The notes beneath the pieces were generated by a model, which was not told the DNA's origin, did not search any database, and saw only the letters and a list, made by a program, of their open reading frames with translations. A DNA stretch of 64,000 bases, from the NCBI GenBank assembly GCA_965208835.1, contig OZ242358.1, positions 416,001 to 480,000 of the forward strand, read 5' to 3'. Of the stretch, positions 19,798 to 30,590 are shown piece by piece. The DNA comes from Candidatus Latescibacterota bacterium. Lineage in GTDB: Bacteria; Latescibacterota; UBA2968; GCA-2709665. The position numbers and the translations under genes were made by a program. Position 1 is the stretch's first letter. The number at the start of each line of letters is the position of its first letter.

Positions 19798-22332
19798 TCA
19801 TCTGATCTCGATACATCTGGAAAATCCGTACGGATGGACCGGGAGCAGGGGGCCGGGCATCGGCGGCGAATCCCGGACAATCGTCTGCCTGGCAGGCGCC
19901 TCGTACCCGGCGATCCAGGCCTTTACCGTCAGTGCATCCAGGTCGTCGCCGGTAAGATCCACCGTTACCGATGACCATCCGCTGTCGTGAATGTTGAAGA
20001 GATAGTCGTCACGTTCCCTCGGGCCCACGGGCGGCAGGAACCTGGCCGAGCCGTGGCTGCTTCGGCCCTGCCGGTGGATGCGCTGGGTCACGTACGAATA
20101 TCTCGAAGGCACACCCTTGTACCGCGACCCGCCGGCGCGCACTTCCACGCCGTCCAGCACTTCCTCCGGTCCGAGCAGGACAACCTGCAGTTCCGGACGC
20201 TCGAACCGGTGCCCCACCGCGACGTACCACTGCATCCTGTGGGTCCCTTCGTTGCGTTCATCGCAGGTTGTTTCGGCGGAGAGACCGGGGATCTGCATAT
20301 CCGGATGCACCGCGGGCCCCACGTCGCCCGTGAGACGACGGTCCCCTGGAAACAGGTATTCACATCCTCCATCGCGCAACCGCGCCATGAACGGCGCGTC
20401 CGGTATGGGCGAGACGTCCTCCTGTCCGTCGGCATAGATCTTCAGCAAGCGGACTTCGTTCCCCAGCAAGGTAACGGAACCATCAAGGTCTTGCCAGAAG
20501 GGATAGACCTGCCGAATGGTTTCCGGCGCATACCCCAATCCGAGGTCCGCCCGAAGATCCACCGTCTGGGGCTCAACCGATGGATTGCGTAGCAGCAGCC
20601 AGGCGTTTCCGTCCGAAGGATGCAGGAAGCCATAGGCCTCGCCGAAGGCCGGATTCCCCAGCACCATCCGCGTTTCCCTGGTGCCCAGTCCGTCGGCGTT
20701 GAAACGCATCCAGTCCATCATCGCCTGCAGTTGTTCCGCCCGGTTCTCTCTGAGGCTTTCGGGATTTATCGGCATCGGCATATAGGTGGTGCCGCGGCAG
20801 GACGCCAGCACGAGATTGTCCAGCCACGTATGGTCCGGATCGCCGAACGCGTTGGTCAATGCCTGCACGAATTCGTGATTGTCGTACCCGTCGAAGAAGA
20901 TGGGTGTCTCGGCTTTGCGCATGATCTGATAGTAGACCGTGTCCCGGTGCGTCAGGGCCCGGTCGCGCTGGGTGCGGGACGGCCACGACGCGAATTCGCA
21001 ATCTCCGGAATGTATCAGCCAGGTGTGGTTCGCCAGGCACAACCACCACGGGCTGGGCCACCACCCGTTCCGTGTCACCAGCCCGGGATTGATCGCCCGC
21101 AGCCGGCGGTCGATCCGATTGAACGCGTTGATCGAGGCCTCGCGCATGTGATGTGGCGTGGGTAGACGTTCCTGGAAATCGGGATGGGTGGCGCACTCGT
21201 TGTCCCAATCGATCTTCAGATGCACCGTCCCTACGTCCCTCACCAGCCGCTCCCAGCGCTGAGCCACGGCCTCTTCGAAGGACGGTTGCGCCATGACGAC
21301 AAACGTTCCGCTTCCGTAGGAGCCGGGCCCCTCCCCAACCCGCCAACCCTGTTCCTGAATCCAGTCGGTGTCGAAACCCACCGGACCGTTGTGCGTCACC
21401 CACAATGCCAGCGAAAATCCCTTCTGTTTCAAGTCATCCGCAAACGCGATGAGCCGCGAATCCTCCTCATCGTCACCCTTGTGCCTGTAGATGGACTTCC
21501 TGTCGAACCAGCCCGCGTCAAACGCGAGCGAGTCCGGCTTCAGGCCCAGTTCCGATACTGCATCCGCATAGGCCTGGTTCATATCGAACGAGTCGAGATA
21601 CTCCCGGTTGCCCAGATAACGTACCGACCATCCTACGGAGAGATGGAAAATCGGCTTCGACAGCCTGGGGAGACGGATCTGCCACAGATAGTCCATGAAC
21701 GCGTCTCGCACCTCTTCATGACGCTCTGCCGCGCCGTAGACCGCGGTGTAGCTTTCAATGCGCCGTTCGTCGTCCCACACAGGGTGGTGGAAGAGCTCCA
21801 GCCTGTCTCCAGGAACCACAAACCCTACCGGATGCTCGAGCCCGACAAACCAGTCTCCGGCCCACACCGGATACCCGCAGCCCGGTACCGGCGGAGCGTA
21901 CGAGTTGAGCCCGGTCTGTTCTTCCGCGTCAGGCCCGCCCCGGACGCCGTATCCAACCCGTCGAACCGGCCCCGGAGGACGTTCCTGTAAATCTACCCAG
22001 AGCCTGTCCGGGGTGGGCGCGCTCGGACTTTCCGGGGCCTCGAGCGTCAACTGCTTCCTGAACCAGGGATCCTCTCCTTCGATCCAGTACCGAACCCGGG
22101 CCCGAATGCCGGTCGTTTCGTGCCGATAGTCGAACGCCACCTCGTCCGTACTGGCCTGCATGCCGGTCTGTACGAAGAGGGCCGCCGGAATCTCCACTTC
22201 GCCCAGCCGGATCATGAAGGCCGGAAAGTCGAAGGTGCGGCGGAGACCCGAGCGTCGATTCTCCACCTGGAGACTTTCCCCATCCCATTTGAGGGAAAGG
22301 GCGCTGTTTTGAAGAAGAAGATGATCGTTCAC
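19798..22332 (-). CDS. Putative glycoside hydrolase, clan GH-D-like (GH27/GH36-related TIM barrel)
   Basis: 844 aa; FDAGWF, LALW, HLKIDWD (K-x-D nucleophile-like) motifs; AGGAG RBS before GTG. Confidence 0.6.
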   Translation of the reverse strand: MNDHLLLQNSALSLKWDGESLQVENRRSGLRRTFDFPAFMIRLGEVEIPAALFVQTGMQASTDEVAFDYRHETTGIRARVRYWIEGEDPWFRKQLTLEAPESPSAPTPDRLWVDLQERPPGPVRRVGYGVRGGPDAEEQTGLNSYAPPVPGCGYPVWAGDWFVGLEHPVGFVVPGDRLELFHHPVWDDERRIESYTAVYGAAERHEEVRDAFMDYLWQIRLPRLSKPIFHLSVGWSVRYLGNREYLDSFDMNQAYADAVSELGLKPDSLAFDAGWFDRKSIYRHKGDDEEDSRLIAFADDLKQKGFSLALWVTHNGPVGFDTDWIQEQGWRVGEGPGSYGSGTFVVMAQPSFEEAVAQRWERLVRDVGTVHLKIDWDNECATHPDFQERLPTPHHMREASINAFNRIDRRLRAINPGLVTRNGWWPSPWWLCLANHTWLIHSGDCEFASWPSRTQRDRALTHRDTVYYQIMRKAETPIFFDGYDNHEFVQALTNAFGDPDHTWLDNLVLASCRGTTYMPMPINPESLRENRAEQLQAMMDWMRFNADGLGTRETRMVLGNPAFGEAYGFLHPSDGNAWLLLRNPSVEPQTVDLRADLGLGYAPETIRQVYPFWQDLDGSVTLLGNEVRLLKIYADGQEDVSPIPDAPFMARLRDGGCEYLFPGDRRLTGDVGPAVHPDMQIPGLSAETTCDERNEGTHRMQWYVAVGHRFERPELQVVLLGPEEVLDGVEVRAGGSRYKGVPSRYSYVTQRIHRQGRSSHGSARFLPPVGPRERDDYLFNIHDSGWSSVTVDLTGDDLDALTVKAWIAGYEAPARQTIVRDSPPMPGPLLPVHPYGFSRCIEIR

Positions 22333-22388
22333 GGAGATGTCTCCTCGTAATTTCGATATCCAGGGGAAACCGTGCGGCCTATTCGCGC

Positions 22389-22636
22389 TTGTCCTTAGCC
22401 GTTCCCTGAGCTTGTCGAAGGGCCGGCGTAGGCTGTCGAAGGGAACCGAATCGCGGGCATTTCGACAAGCTCAATGAACGCGATTCGACGACTTCGTTTC
22501 GAGCGGCTCGACGTAAACAACGCAAGCAGCACAGGCAACTCGCTCAATGTCGGAATTTCTGTCAGCCGTTGAAATCCCACCACCGCATCAGCCGTCGCCG
22601 GTTTCTACAGGCTGCGCGACCGCAGGCTAAGGACAA
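22389..22636. repeat. Repeat family D (TGAGCTTGTCGAA palindromic element) within a 12-bp inverted repeat
   Basis: CTGAGCTTGTCGAAGGG...TTCGACAAGCTCA; bounded by TTGTCCTTAGCC / GGCTAAGGACAA; inverted relative at 33012-33294. Confidence 0.7.
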
Positions 22637-22662
22637 ACCTGAGGACCGGCTTGGCTTCTGCG

Positions 22663-22683
22663 ACTCCCCCTCAAGGGGGGAGT
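22663..22683. repeat. REP-like palindrome
   Basis: ACTCCCCC-TCAAG-GGGGGAGT hairpin. Confidence 0.55.
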
Positions 22684-22825
22684 GATGCGGATCTGATGTC
22701 AGGTCGACTGGAACAGATGACGCTCGGGCTGGTCATCATCCGACAGACTATACGCTGCATTATCAGTCTCGCTGTTCGTCTTTGTTGCGGTTGCGCGTAG
22801 CGAGTCCGCGCGAGGCGACTCACGA

Positions 22826-25258
22826 TCAAATTCGTAGCGTTTCCCCTGCGCCGATCGTCAGTTTCGCCTCGGTATCCGCCCCGATTGCAACTTCGACGTT
22901 CAAATGATCGGGGCCCGTGTTCGTCACATAGATCCCGCCGTCCGGCACGGTGTCGGCCCGCAGGCTTCCAACCACGCGCAGCGAGTGCGTCGCGGCCAGA
23001 AGGCAGGCGCTCCCGCTGTTGAGCGGTACGTCATACCGTACGGTATCTCCATTCGCAACGACCGTAGCGCCCGCGTAGACCACGATTTCTTCAGACCTGG
23101 CCCGAGCGAACCCGCACATTCTGCGGTTGCCGGCGAAGTTGGCGGCCGCGAGGTAGCCGTCGGTAACCAGGCACGCGCTCTGTTCCGGACCTGTCAGGAC
23201 GTCGAGACGACTGGAAGACGTGTCCTCGTGGGCCTGCTCGGGAATCACCAACGCCGCCAGGGTGCCGGCATCGTCGCCGGCTCGCAGCGACCCTTCATGT
23301 TCCTGGTGCGACAGCGTGAGATCATCCGCGATCGCGCGATAGGGCTTGTAATAGTGTCGATTGAGATAAACCGCGTCGCCCGTACCCGAAAACACGATAC
23401 CCAGCCGGTCGTCGATATTCAGCCAGGCCGGACCGCCCAGGCGATCTTCGATATCGTCCTCTTCGCGATCGCCCAGCCAGCCCCGGTAGTCGGTCGACCC
23501 GTCGGGCCGGTAGAGTGTGCGGGCGCCGCGGCAGTTCGGTTCGAGTCGCGGGAAGTGTTCATTGGTAATCCGCAGAAATCCCTGGTCGAGGGACTCCACC
23601 GTCAGGTCTTCGAGGGCCGTGAACCGCTCGAATGAAAGGGCCCGTCCATCGGGCAGACTGGCGAACAACACCTCCTGTCGGAGGGACTCCTGGCACCGGT
23701 CCATGACCATCGCCGCGGCAAACCCGTCGTCACAGTCGGTCACCCGCACCCGCTTCAGCCGATGGCTGTCCGGCCGCCCCTTCACCACCGGCCTTCCCAG
23801 CCAGCTATCGGAGCAGGGTGCGATCGTATAGATCCCCTCCCGGCTCAGCGGCATTGCCATCACGGAATTCCGCCACGAAAATGAAGTCTGCCCCTTCGGG
23901 TGCCGGTGGTGGACGAAACCCGCGTGAGGGTATTCTCTGACACCGGCCAGTCGTCGTTCGAGTTCATGTTCCGGGGTGGGCTGCGGCCCCGGCCCGAACA
24001 TCCGGTGAAACACGTACTGGTGTGCAACCGCGCCGATGGTGACTTCCCGCATGATCATGGGGTCCTGCTGGTCGTGCGCCCGTTCCGCGAAATCCCTGTC
24101 GTACATCCGCCCTCCGTTCCCTTCCTGCCGCAGTTCGGCATTCCGGAGCCCTCTGCGCAGAAGCGCGGCGGCGTCCGGGTCGTCAAAGAACACGGCGGCA
24201 GCCGAATGCGGGGTCTCGCTTCCGGTGGTAGGCAGATAGTGCCAGTCCATCCCCTGCACGGCCTGGGCGTATCCCGATCCATCGGTCATGGCCTTCAGGT
24301 TTTCGTACACCCTGCGCCGGTTCCAGAGCAACTCCGGCGGCAGTTCCCGTCCCCACAGCTTCAAATGCACACCGGCTACCATGAGCGGGCGGACGCCCGA
24401 CGAGGTGTAGTTGGGATGCACCATTCCGTGGTTTTCCGCCCAGTAATCCGGCAGCGCCGTAAAGGTCTTCCCCGCCAGCGACCCCGCCGTCCTCCCACCG
24501 ACTGCGCCGTGGTCCTTCGCGTCCTGGGGCGACGCGCACGTGGAATACATCCAACGCCTGCAGGTTGCCTCCCATTCGGCGGCGTTTTCGTGGCGCTCAA
24601 GGAACAAGTGACACGACGTCAATCCGTAGGACGTCCAGGCATTCTCTTCCATCTGAGTATCCACGTAGATGCCGCTCTTAGGCGCCATATTGCCGAACCT
24701 GTCGGCGTAGTCCGCGTGTACTCGCGCGAGCAGCATCCAGGTCTCGTCGTCAATCCGGTCCCGCAGCAACAGGCTGACACGGCCCATTGCCGAGATTGGT
24801 CCGCCGCACTGGCTTTCCCTGAAGAACCCCAACCCGCGTTCGCCCCATTTCGTACCGCAGATTTCGGGCCGACCCATGCCCTCGCTGGGACGTACGCAGT
24901 CCGGCGGCCCGGAGTCGTGCGTGAAACACAGGTACCGCAACCCCATGATGGCCATACGCTGCAGGTCGTTCCGGGAGACGCCGACCCCTTTCTCATCGTA
25001 TTCCGGAGAGATGCTGGCCAGGGCGAAGGTCTCCATGGGCGGCACCGTTTCGCCGCCATACCAGTGACACCCGCCGAAGAAATGCCCGCAGTTCGGCCTG
25101 TCCGGCCATTCCTGAAAATACTCGACGCCCACCGGAATCCACTTCTCGATCATCCGCAGGTAGCGCCGGCTGAGTTCATTCTCCTCCACAGGCAGGAAAG
25201 GCGTTTTCAATTCCGTTGTGTCTGACATTCGGACCATGTCGAAATCTCCTTGCATCAA
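22826..25258 (-). CDS. Uncharacterised ~800-aa protein, paralogue 1 (polysaccharide-lyase-like architecture suspected)
   Basis: Shares long motifs with 30591-33005 (RPNCGHFFGG.HWYG.ET, YLCFTHD, GTKWGERG.GFF.ESQCGG, DTQMEENAWT, ENHGMVHP.YT.SG); true start may be the Met at 25237 or 25228. Confidence 0.8.
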   Translation of the reverse strand: MMQGDFDMVRMSDTTELKTPFLPVEENELSRRYLRMIEKWIPVGVEYFQEWPDRPNCGHFFGGCHWYGGETVPPMETFALASISPEYDEKGVGVSRNDLQRMAIMGLRYLCFTHDSGPPDCVRPSEGMGRPEICGTKWGERGLGFFRESQCGGPISAMGRVSLLLRDRIDDETWMLLARVHADYADRFGNMAPKSGIYVDTQMEENAWTSYGLTSCHLFLERHENAAEWEATCRRWMYSTCASPQDAKDHGAVGGRTAGSLAGKTFTALPDYWAENHGMVHPNYTSSGVRPLMVAGVHLKLWGRELPPELLWNRRRVYENLKAMTDGSGYAQAVQGMDWHYLPTTGSETPHSAAAVFFDDPDAAALLRRGLRNAELRQEGNGGRMYDRDFAERAHDQQDPMIMREVTIGAVAHQYVFHRMFGPGPQPTPEHELERRLAGVREYPHAGFVHHRHPKGQTSFSWRNSVMAMPLSREGIYTIAPCSDSWLGRPVVKGRPDSHRLKRVRVTDCDDGFAAAMVMDRCQESLRQEVLFASLPDGRALSFERFTALEDLTVESLDQGFLRITNEHFPRLEPNCRGARTLYRPDGSTDYRGWLGDREEDDIEDRLGGPAWLNIDDRLGIVFSGTGDAVYLNRHYYKPYRAIADDLTLSHQEHEGSLRAGDDAGTLAALVIPEQAHEDTSSSRLDVLTGPEQSACLVTDGYLAAANFAGNRRMCGFARARSEEIVVYAGATVVANGDTVRYDVPLNSGSACLLAATHSLRVVGSLRADTVPDGGIYVTNTGPDHLNVEVAIGADTEAKLTIGAGETLRI

Positions 25259-25273
25259 GAGAGCTATCGACTA

Positions 25274-26075
25274 AATGCGGGTAGACGTAAGAGGGAAGAG
25301 GGTAGAGATTGCCTGCCTTGTCGGGATTCTGTTCGTGCCGAAGGCAAAAAAGTACATAATAGCGGGCAAGGATTTCTTCTACCGTCTTCCCTCTACCCTC
25401 TCACCGCATTTTTGCGACCTCTCTCCCCAGCCCTCTCTCCTACCAGGAGAGAGGGAGAAAAAACCAGGTTTCGCGTGCCGGTCATCGACAGACACTTTGA
25501 TCAAAAGGAAGTCGCCACCCGGCACATTCGTATGCCCAGGACATCAACCCACCGCCGTTCCCCCTTCCTCACAGGAAGGGGGTTAGGGGGAAGGTCTCAG
25601 AAGCGGGTAAACGGAAGACGGAAGAGGGTAGAGGTTGTCTGCCTTGTCGGGATTCTTTTCGTGCCGAAGGCAAAAAAGTACATAATAGCGGGCAAGGATT
25701 TCTTCTACCGTCTTCCCTCTACCCTCTCACCGCATTTTTGCGACCTCTCTCCCCAGCCCTCTCTCCTGCCAGGAGAGAGGGAGAAAAAAACAGGTTTCGC
25801 GTGCCGGTCATCGACAGACACTTTGATCGAAAGGAAGTCGCCACCCGGCACACTCGTATGCCCAGGACATCAACCCATCGCCGTTCCCCCTTCCTCACAG
25901 GAAGGGGGTTAGGGGGAAGGTCTCAGAGGCGGGTAGACGTGAGACGTTAGACGGTAGAAATTACCTGCCCTGTGAGGATTCTTCTCATGCCGCAGGCAAG
26001 TCGGAGGAACAAATCGGCAGGGGCTTCTTCTCCCGTCTACCCTCTTCCCTCTACCCGCTTTTTAGCGACCTCTCA
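25274..26075. repeat. Composite tandem repeat, 326-bp period (about 2.4 units): family A copies 4-6 alternating with family C palindromes
   Basis: TGCCTTGTCGGGATT at 25314 and 25640; CGACCTCTCTCCCC at 25415 and 25741; family C hairpins CCCTCTCTCCT..AGGAGAGAGGG and CCCCTTCCT..AGGAAGGGG. Confidence 0.92.
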
Positions 26076-26086
26076 CCCCGGCTTCC

Positions 26087-28816
26087 TCAACGAGCCGGCA
26101 TGAGTCGATGCCTCACGTCCATGATCTCATATCGATTCTCTCCGGTCCAGGACCGGCGCGGGAAATAGACATGGCGGCTCGTCCCGTCCGGAGCAATTTC
26201 GAATCCGGGATCGTCTGTCAGTACGAGTACTGTCCGGCTGTCGCTTCGGGTGACGTCCTCCAGACGAAGTCCCAGCGTAAATCCCGCGCCGTCTTTGACC
26301 ACGACCGTCAGATCCTTCAACCGGTCACCCTCGGGAACATCGCCGTCCACAATCAGCCCGTCGACGGCCGAACCACTTTCCTTTCGCAAAACACCCAGGA
26401 TCGCGCCTTCGAAGATTCCTTCTCCCGTGAGTCTAAAGTTTCCCTTTTGCAGCAGCGACCCGCCGACCAGGGTCATCCTCTCCACGGCGCCATCCCGCTC
26501 GCGCACGAACCCGATCCGACCCTCCAGCACCGCGTCTCCCACAACCATTCGTCTTCCGTCCGGGCTATGGAACAGAAAGTCCGTATGATCACTGCCTTCA
26601 ATCTTCAACGCCACACCGTCCAAGTCATCGTCCAGTCGCTCCACCGAGTGCAGAAACGGCGCTTCACCGAACGGCTCGAGCACATTCACGAATTCGCTGG
26701 AGAGGTCCTTCCCCTCACGGCGGTGGATCAACGCGGGCATGGTATAGTCATCCAGCCGGCCTTCGCTCTCCTCCGCCCGCCTGACCGATGGCATGCTCCC
26801 GAATAGCAGATCCCCGTCGATTGCGGAAACCCCGTGAATACGTACCCCGCCCTCCGGTTCGCCCTCGCTGGTAAAGACAACCTTCCACGGCGCGGAGATT
26901 CCAGCCCGGAGCACATCCCTCACGTACGCATAGGCGAAATTGTGTCCCTCCGCATATCCGGGTACGGTCTCGCCGCTGGGCAGGACGACCTTCACCCCGG
27001 GCGGCAGCAGCGTCTCACCGTAGGGCGATGGATCCAGTTCCGTCTCGATTGATCCGTCGTTATTCGCGTCTCCCACCAGCACGAAGTCGTGCCGCTCTCC
27101 ACCGTCAACCTGAAACACATCCACCAGGTACGCATCCTGCGCCGAGACGCCGATCATCACCAGCAGACGAGTGTAGTCCCGTACGACCCCCGGATACGCC
27201 CGATTACCCTGCGCCGCCACCGCCTGGAACACGCTGTCTCCAGGTACGAACAACAGCAGGTTGCCGTCGGAGGGGTTATTCTCACCGCCGCGCGCCTGAT
27301 CCTCCCCGTCTACAACGACGGTGCTGTGCGAAAGCGTGCTCGACGCCCACTGCCGCTGGTGGGTCCAGGTATAGCCGATATCGGACAGACGCTCCTGCCC
27401 GTGTGCAAACAGGGTGATGCTCAACAGGTCCGCGTGCGCATGTCCGTATGCTCCCGAAAAGTGCAGGTGCGCCTGCATCTGATTCGCGCCCCTGCCGCGC
27501 CCCAGCCATGCGTGTCCCGAGGCGCCAAGAAGCCAGGGGCTGGAGCATTCGGTTGGCGCACGATGCTCCCGCGCCCACGTGTCGTGCACTGCAACAACCC
27601 GGCCGTTCGGGTATCGCAATAGATCCGGAATCCGCATGGCTCTTTCGAAGAGCGGAAACCGGTCCGACAGAACCAGATTCTCGTATCGCGCGCCGCTTTC
27701 CGGATGGACATATCCCTTCGGATCGCTATGTCCTTTCAGCAGGTCCATGACGTCGGCCAGTCCATGCACCGTCTGATTATGGTACGAGACCGCCGTTTCC
27801 CGCCACATCCCGTCGACGAAGAACTGCTTCCGGATCAGGTCGCCGATCCACTGCACGGCCTCGTGCACGTACGCCGGCTCGGCGAGGACCCGCCCGGCGG
27901 AAATCAGACCCTGAAGGATCGCAGGGTCCATATTGCTCAGCGTAATCGGATACGACCGCACAAAGGAAACGCTGCCGCGAATCAGATCGTCCTCGATTCG
28001 CCGGCGCATTGCGTCGTCCACCTGGCCGCTGTCTCGAACGAGATCGTAGGCGAAGATCAGGTTATAGGGTATATCGCCATACGCCCAGTAGTCCCACTTC
28101 GCCGCCAGATACGGCGACACCGGAAAGGGAAAGGAGCGATCCCCCTCGAAAATCACCTTCTGGCGGAACGCGGGATCGAACCTGGCGCAATACCCAGGGT
28201 AAACCCGGGCGAACCGGTCCAGGATCAGTGCCGCTCTTCGCGCAAACGAAGGATTCCCGGTCAGATAATACAGTTTCCCGAGGTGATTCGCCGCATCGGA
28301 GAAATATTCCCGGGCGACGTACCATCCCTTGGCCCGGAAAAAGTGACGGTACTTCGTATCGGGTTCGATATGAGAAAGCGATCCTGGCAGTTGCGCAGGT
28401 GGCGGAAACGGCGCCTCCCAGTACGGATACTCCTGGATCTCGCCCCGCGGATTGGTCACCCGCTTCACGCCGTTTTCCGGGTAGACCTCGCTGGGAAACC
28501 GCATACCGCAGAACAGGCAGAAGACCCGGTCGGGTTCTTCAATGGACCACGACAGCTGATTCTCCTCGGCGCCTCCCTCGCAATTCGGACAGTCCACAAA
28601 CCGGAAACCGGAACGGTCCGGAATCAACCGCGCCAGTTCGTCTTCGGACAGCGCCATAACGGACGCAAGGTTTTCCTCCAGACCCGCAACGTGACTCTCG
28701 TCGACCTGCGGTCGAAACACCGGCTGCGCGTGAAGCCGATCGGGCATCAACATCAACATCAACAATAGCGCCAGGGCAAGCGCCATACAGACCAACATCA
28801 TCATAGGGTCCATCAC
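26087..28816 (-). CDS. Heparinase II/III-like polysaccharide lyase, secreted, with N-terminal CxxC..CxxC motif
   Basis: Signal peptide ending LHA-Q, DG.W.E...SYH, GHAHAD.LSI.LFA.G...SDIGY, SH.TVVVDG.DQ. Confidence 0.8.
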   Translation of the reverse strand: MMDPMMMLVCMALALALLLMLMLMPDRLHAQPVFRPQVDESHVAGLEENLASVMALSEDELARLIPDRSGFRFVDCPNCEGGAEENQLSWSIEEPDRVFCLFCGMRFPSEVYPENGVKRVTNPRGEIQEYPYWEAPFPPPAQLPGSLSHIEPDTKYRHFFRAKGWYVAREYFSDAANHLGKLYYLTGNPSFARRAALILDRFARVYPGYCARFDPAFRQKVIFEGDRSFPFPVSPYLAAKWDYWAYGDIPYNLIFAYDLVRDSGQVDDAMRRRIEDDLIRGSVSFVRSYPITLSNMDPAILQGLISAGRVLAEPAYVHEAVQWIGDLIRKQFFVDGMWRETAVSYHNQTVHGLADVMDLLKGHSDPKGYVHPESGARYENLVLSDRFPLFERAMRIPDLLRYPNGRVVAVHDTWAREHRAPTECSSPWLLGASGHAWLGRGRGANQMQAHLHFSGAYGHAHADLLSITLFAHGQERLSDIGYTWTHQRQWASSTLSHSTVVVDGEDQARGGENNPSDGNLLLFVPGDSVFQAVAAQGNRAYPGVVRDYTRLLVMIGVSAQDAYLVDVFQVDGGERHDFVLVGDANNDGSIETELDPSPYGETLLPPGVKVVLPSGETVPGYAEGHNFAYAYVRDVLRAGISAPWKVVFTSEGEPEGGVRIHGVSAIDGDLLFGSMPSVRRAEESEGRLDDYTMPALIHRREGKDLSSEFVNVLEPFGEAPFLHSVERLDDDLDGVALKIEGSDHTDFLFHSPDGRRMVVGDAVLEGRIGFVRERDGAVERMTLVGGSLLQKGNFRLTGEGIFEGAILGVLRKESGSAVDGLIVDGDVPEGDRLKDLTVVVKDGAGFTLGLRLEDVTRSDSRTVLVLTDDPGFEIAPDGTSRHVYFPRRSWTGENRYEIMDVRHRLMPAR

Positions 28817-30216
28817 GCTGTGAATACGACGTCCTCGTCCAGTGGAAACACCGGCCGCCGGATCCTTTCATAGGGAAGCGTCTCCAGAGCCAGGGTCGTA
28901 TATCCGGGACTGACCGCCATCAACGCCGTTCCGGCTATTTCCCGGAGTTCCGGTGCGAGGTATCCATGTTTCACAACCACGATCTCGTGTTCCGTTGGGT
29001 TCACGTTTGCCTCTTCAAAGGCCCTCAGGTCCAGAAACGGCATGCGGTCAGCCGTTAAAACCACCGTTACGCCCTCCACCTGGAACACGACGATCCTCGG
29101 CGGATTCATCGATACGACCCGGCCGGTCACCTCCAGCGGCGATCCGTTGACCCTGTCGAGGTTTCCGCCCACCGACAGCGTCAGCTCGGCTCCGACACCG
29201 GCGTCGAAACAACGCTCGACCGCCCCGACGTCCGCAATCCCGGCGACAACCGCGTCTCCGGCGCCGTTGTCGAGCAGCGTCTTCAGGACGAGGGGGACAT
29301 CGCCGGCCGCGCCCGCCGTGACATTGTCGCCGGAATCGGAAATGAACACGGGATGCCGGGTCTCCCGCATCGCGCGTTGAACGACGTCTTCCGCCGGCAG
29401 CGTTAATACATCCGGAGCGAATTCATGGCGTCGCCGCCAGATTTCCGTCGCCATGCGTTCCGCGTGTTCTCCGGCTGCCTTCCTGTTCTCCGAAACCACG
29501 ATAGCGGCCACGGACGTAAACGGCGAATCGGTCCACGCGCACCCGATCATGATCGACGCATCCATAATCTCCGGCTGAGTTTCTACCTCCTTGAGTCCTG
29601 CATACAGGGACCGGGCGGGCTCCACGCCGGTAGCCGCGTGTTCGCCGGGAAGCAGCATGGGCAGCCTCACGATGGCATTTGCCGGGCGGATGTCTTCATT
29701 CACGCAACGAACGAGGTGTCCGATCGCGCGCGCCTGCGTCTCTCGCCGGTCCACGTGAGGCGCAGTCCGCAGTGCGGTGAGCACACTGGTCTTCTCCACC
29801 ACCTCGGGCGCGAGATTGCCGTGCAGGTCCAGGCTGGCGACGATCGGTATTTCATCGCCAACCGCCTCGCGCACGCGGCATACCAGGTCGCGTTCCCCGT
29901 CGCCCAGGCCCTCCACCTCCATCGCGCCGTGCAGATCCAGGTACACGCCGTCCACCGGAGATGCCTGGTGCAGACGTTCCACCATTTCTGCTGCCATGGA
30001 CTCGTAAGCGTCCATGAGGACCAGCCCGTGCGGCTGTGCCTTTGAGACCAGCGTGGGCGCCCATTCGACGTTGGCCACGGCCCGCCAGGGTCCGTCGGCG
30101 AGTATTTCCTCCCCGCGCAGGACGTCAAAATCCTCGATGCCCGCGCGCAACGGGGAGAAGGTGTTCGTTTCATGCCTGATCCCGCAAATCGCCAGCCGCA
30201 TCTTACTATTTCCCAT
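28813..30216 (-). CDS. M81 family metallopeptidase (MlrC-like)
   Basis: HETNTFSP, DGV.L.LHGAM, SLDLHGN, RTAPH.D, DSGDN..AG..GD, VVK.GY motifs. Confidence 0.9.
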   Translation of the reverse strand: MGNSKMRLAICGIRHETNTFSPLRAGIEDFDVLRGEEILADGPWRAVANVEWAPTLVSKAQPHGLVLMDAYESMAAEMVERLHQASPVDGVYLDLHGAMEVEGLGDGERDLVCRVREAVGDEIPIVASLDLHGNLAPEVVEKTSVLTALRTAPHVDRRETQARAIGHLVRCVNEDIRPANAIVRLPMLLPGEHAATGVEPARSLYAGLKEVETQPEIMDASIMIGCAWTDSPFTSVAAIVVSENRKAAGEHAERMATEIWRRRHEFAPDVLTLPAEDVVQRAMRETRHPVFISDSGDNVTAGAAGDVPLVLKTLLDNGAGDAVVAGIADVGAVERCFDAGVGAELTLSVGGNLDRVNGSPLEVTGRVVSMNPPRIVVFQVEGVTVVLTADRMPFLDLRAFEEANVNPTEHEIVVVKHGYLAPELREIAGTALMAVSPGYTTLALETLPYERIRRPVFPLDEDVVFTA

Positions 30217-30362
30217 TCAATGACTCGTGATTGACATTGATTCGTCGTTTCAGGGGGACCTAAAATCGTTAACACATAGAAAAACGAAAGCGAATTGACG
30301 TCGAAGTTCCGGGTCGCCTAAGGTCACTGGACGTGTTCGGGATCTTTCCCCCTGGCCCCCTA

Positions 30363-30505
30363 AGAAGCGGGTAGACGGGAGACGGTAGAGGGGAGAGATT
30401 TCCTGCCTTGTGGAGTTTCTTCTCCTGCCAGAGGCAAGAAGAAATAGAGTAGCGGGCAAGGGTTTCTTCTACCGTCTACCCTCTACCCTCTACCCTCACT
30501 CAGGC
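30363..30505. repeat. Repeat family A, copy 7
   Basis: AAGCGGGTAGACGGGAGACGGTAGAG arm, TGCCAGAGGCA core, CTACCGT/CTACCCT heptamer arm. Confidence 0.85.
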
Positions 30506-30590
30506 TCTTTGTGGCCAATTCAAAGGTAATCTTTCTTCGAATTGCGCGATGAACACCATCGACTGACTCGACTGAGTCCCTATCCGGACA

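Noticed and set aside
25250-25950. ORFs of 220, 103 and 70 aa with internal repeats
   Set aside because: They are translations of the 326-bp composite repeat with no protein-like features.
25274-26075. CRISPR array
   Set aside because: Units are 326 bp and nearly identical throughout, with no unique spacers and no cas genes.
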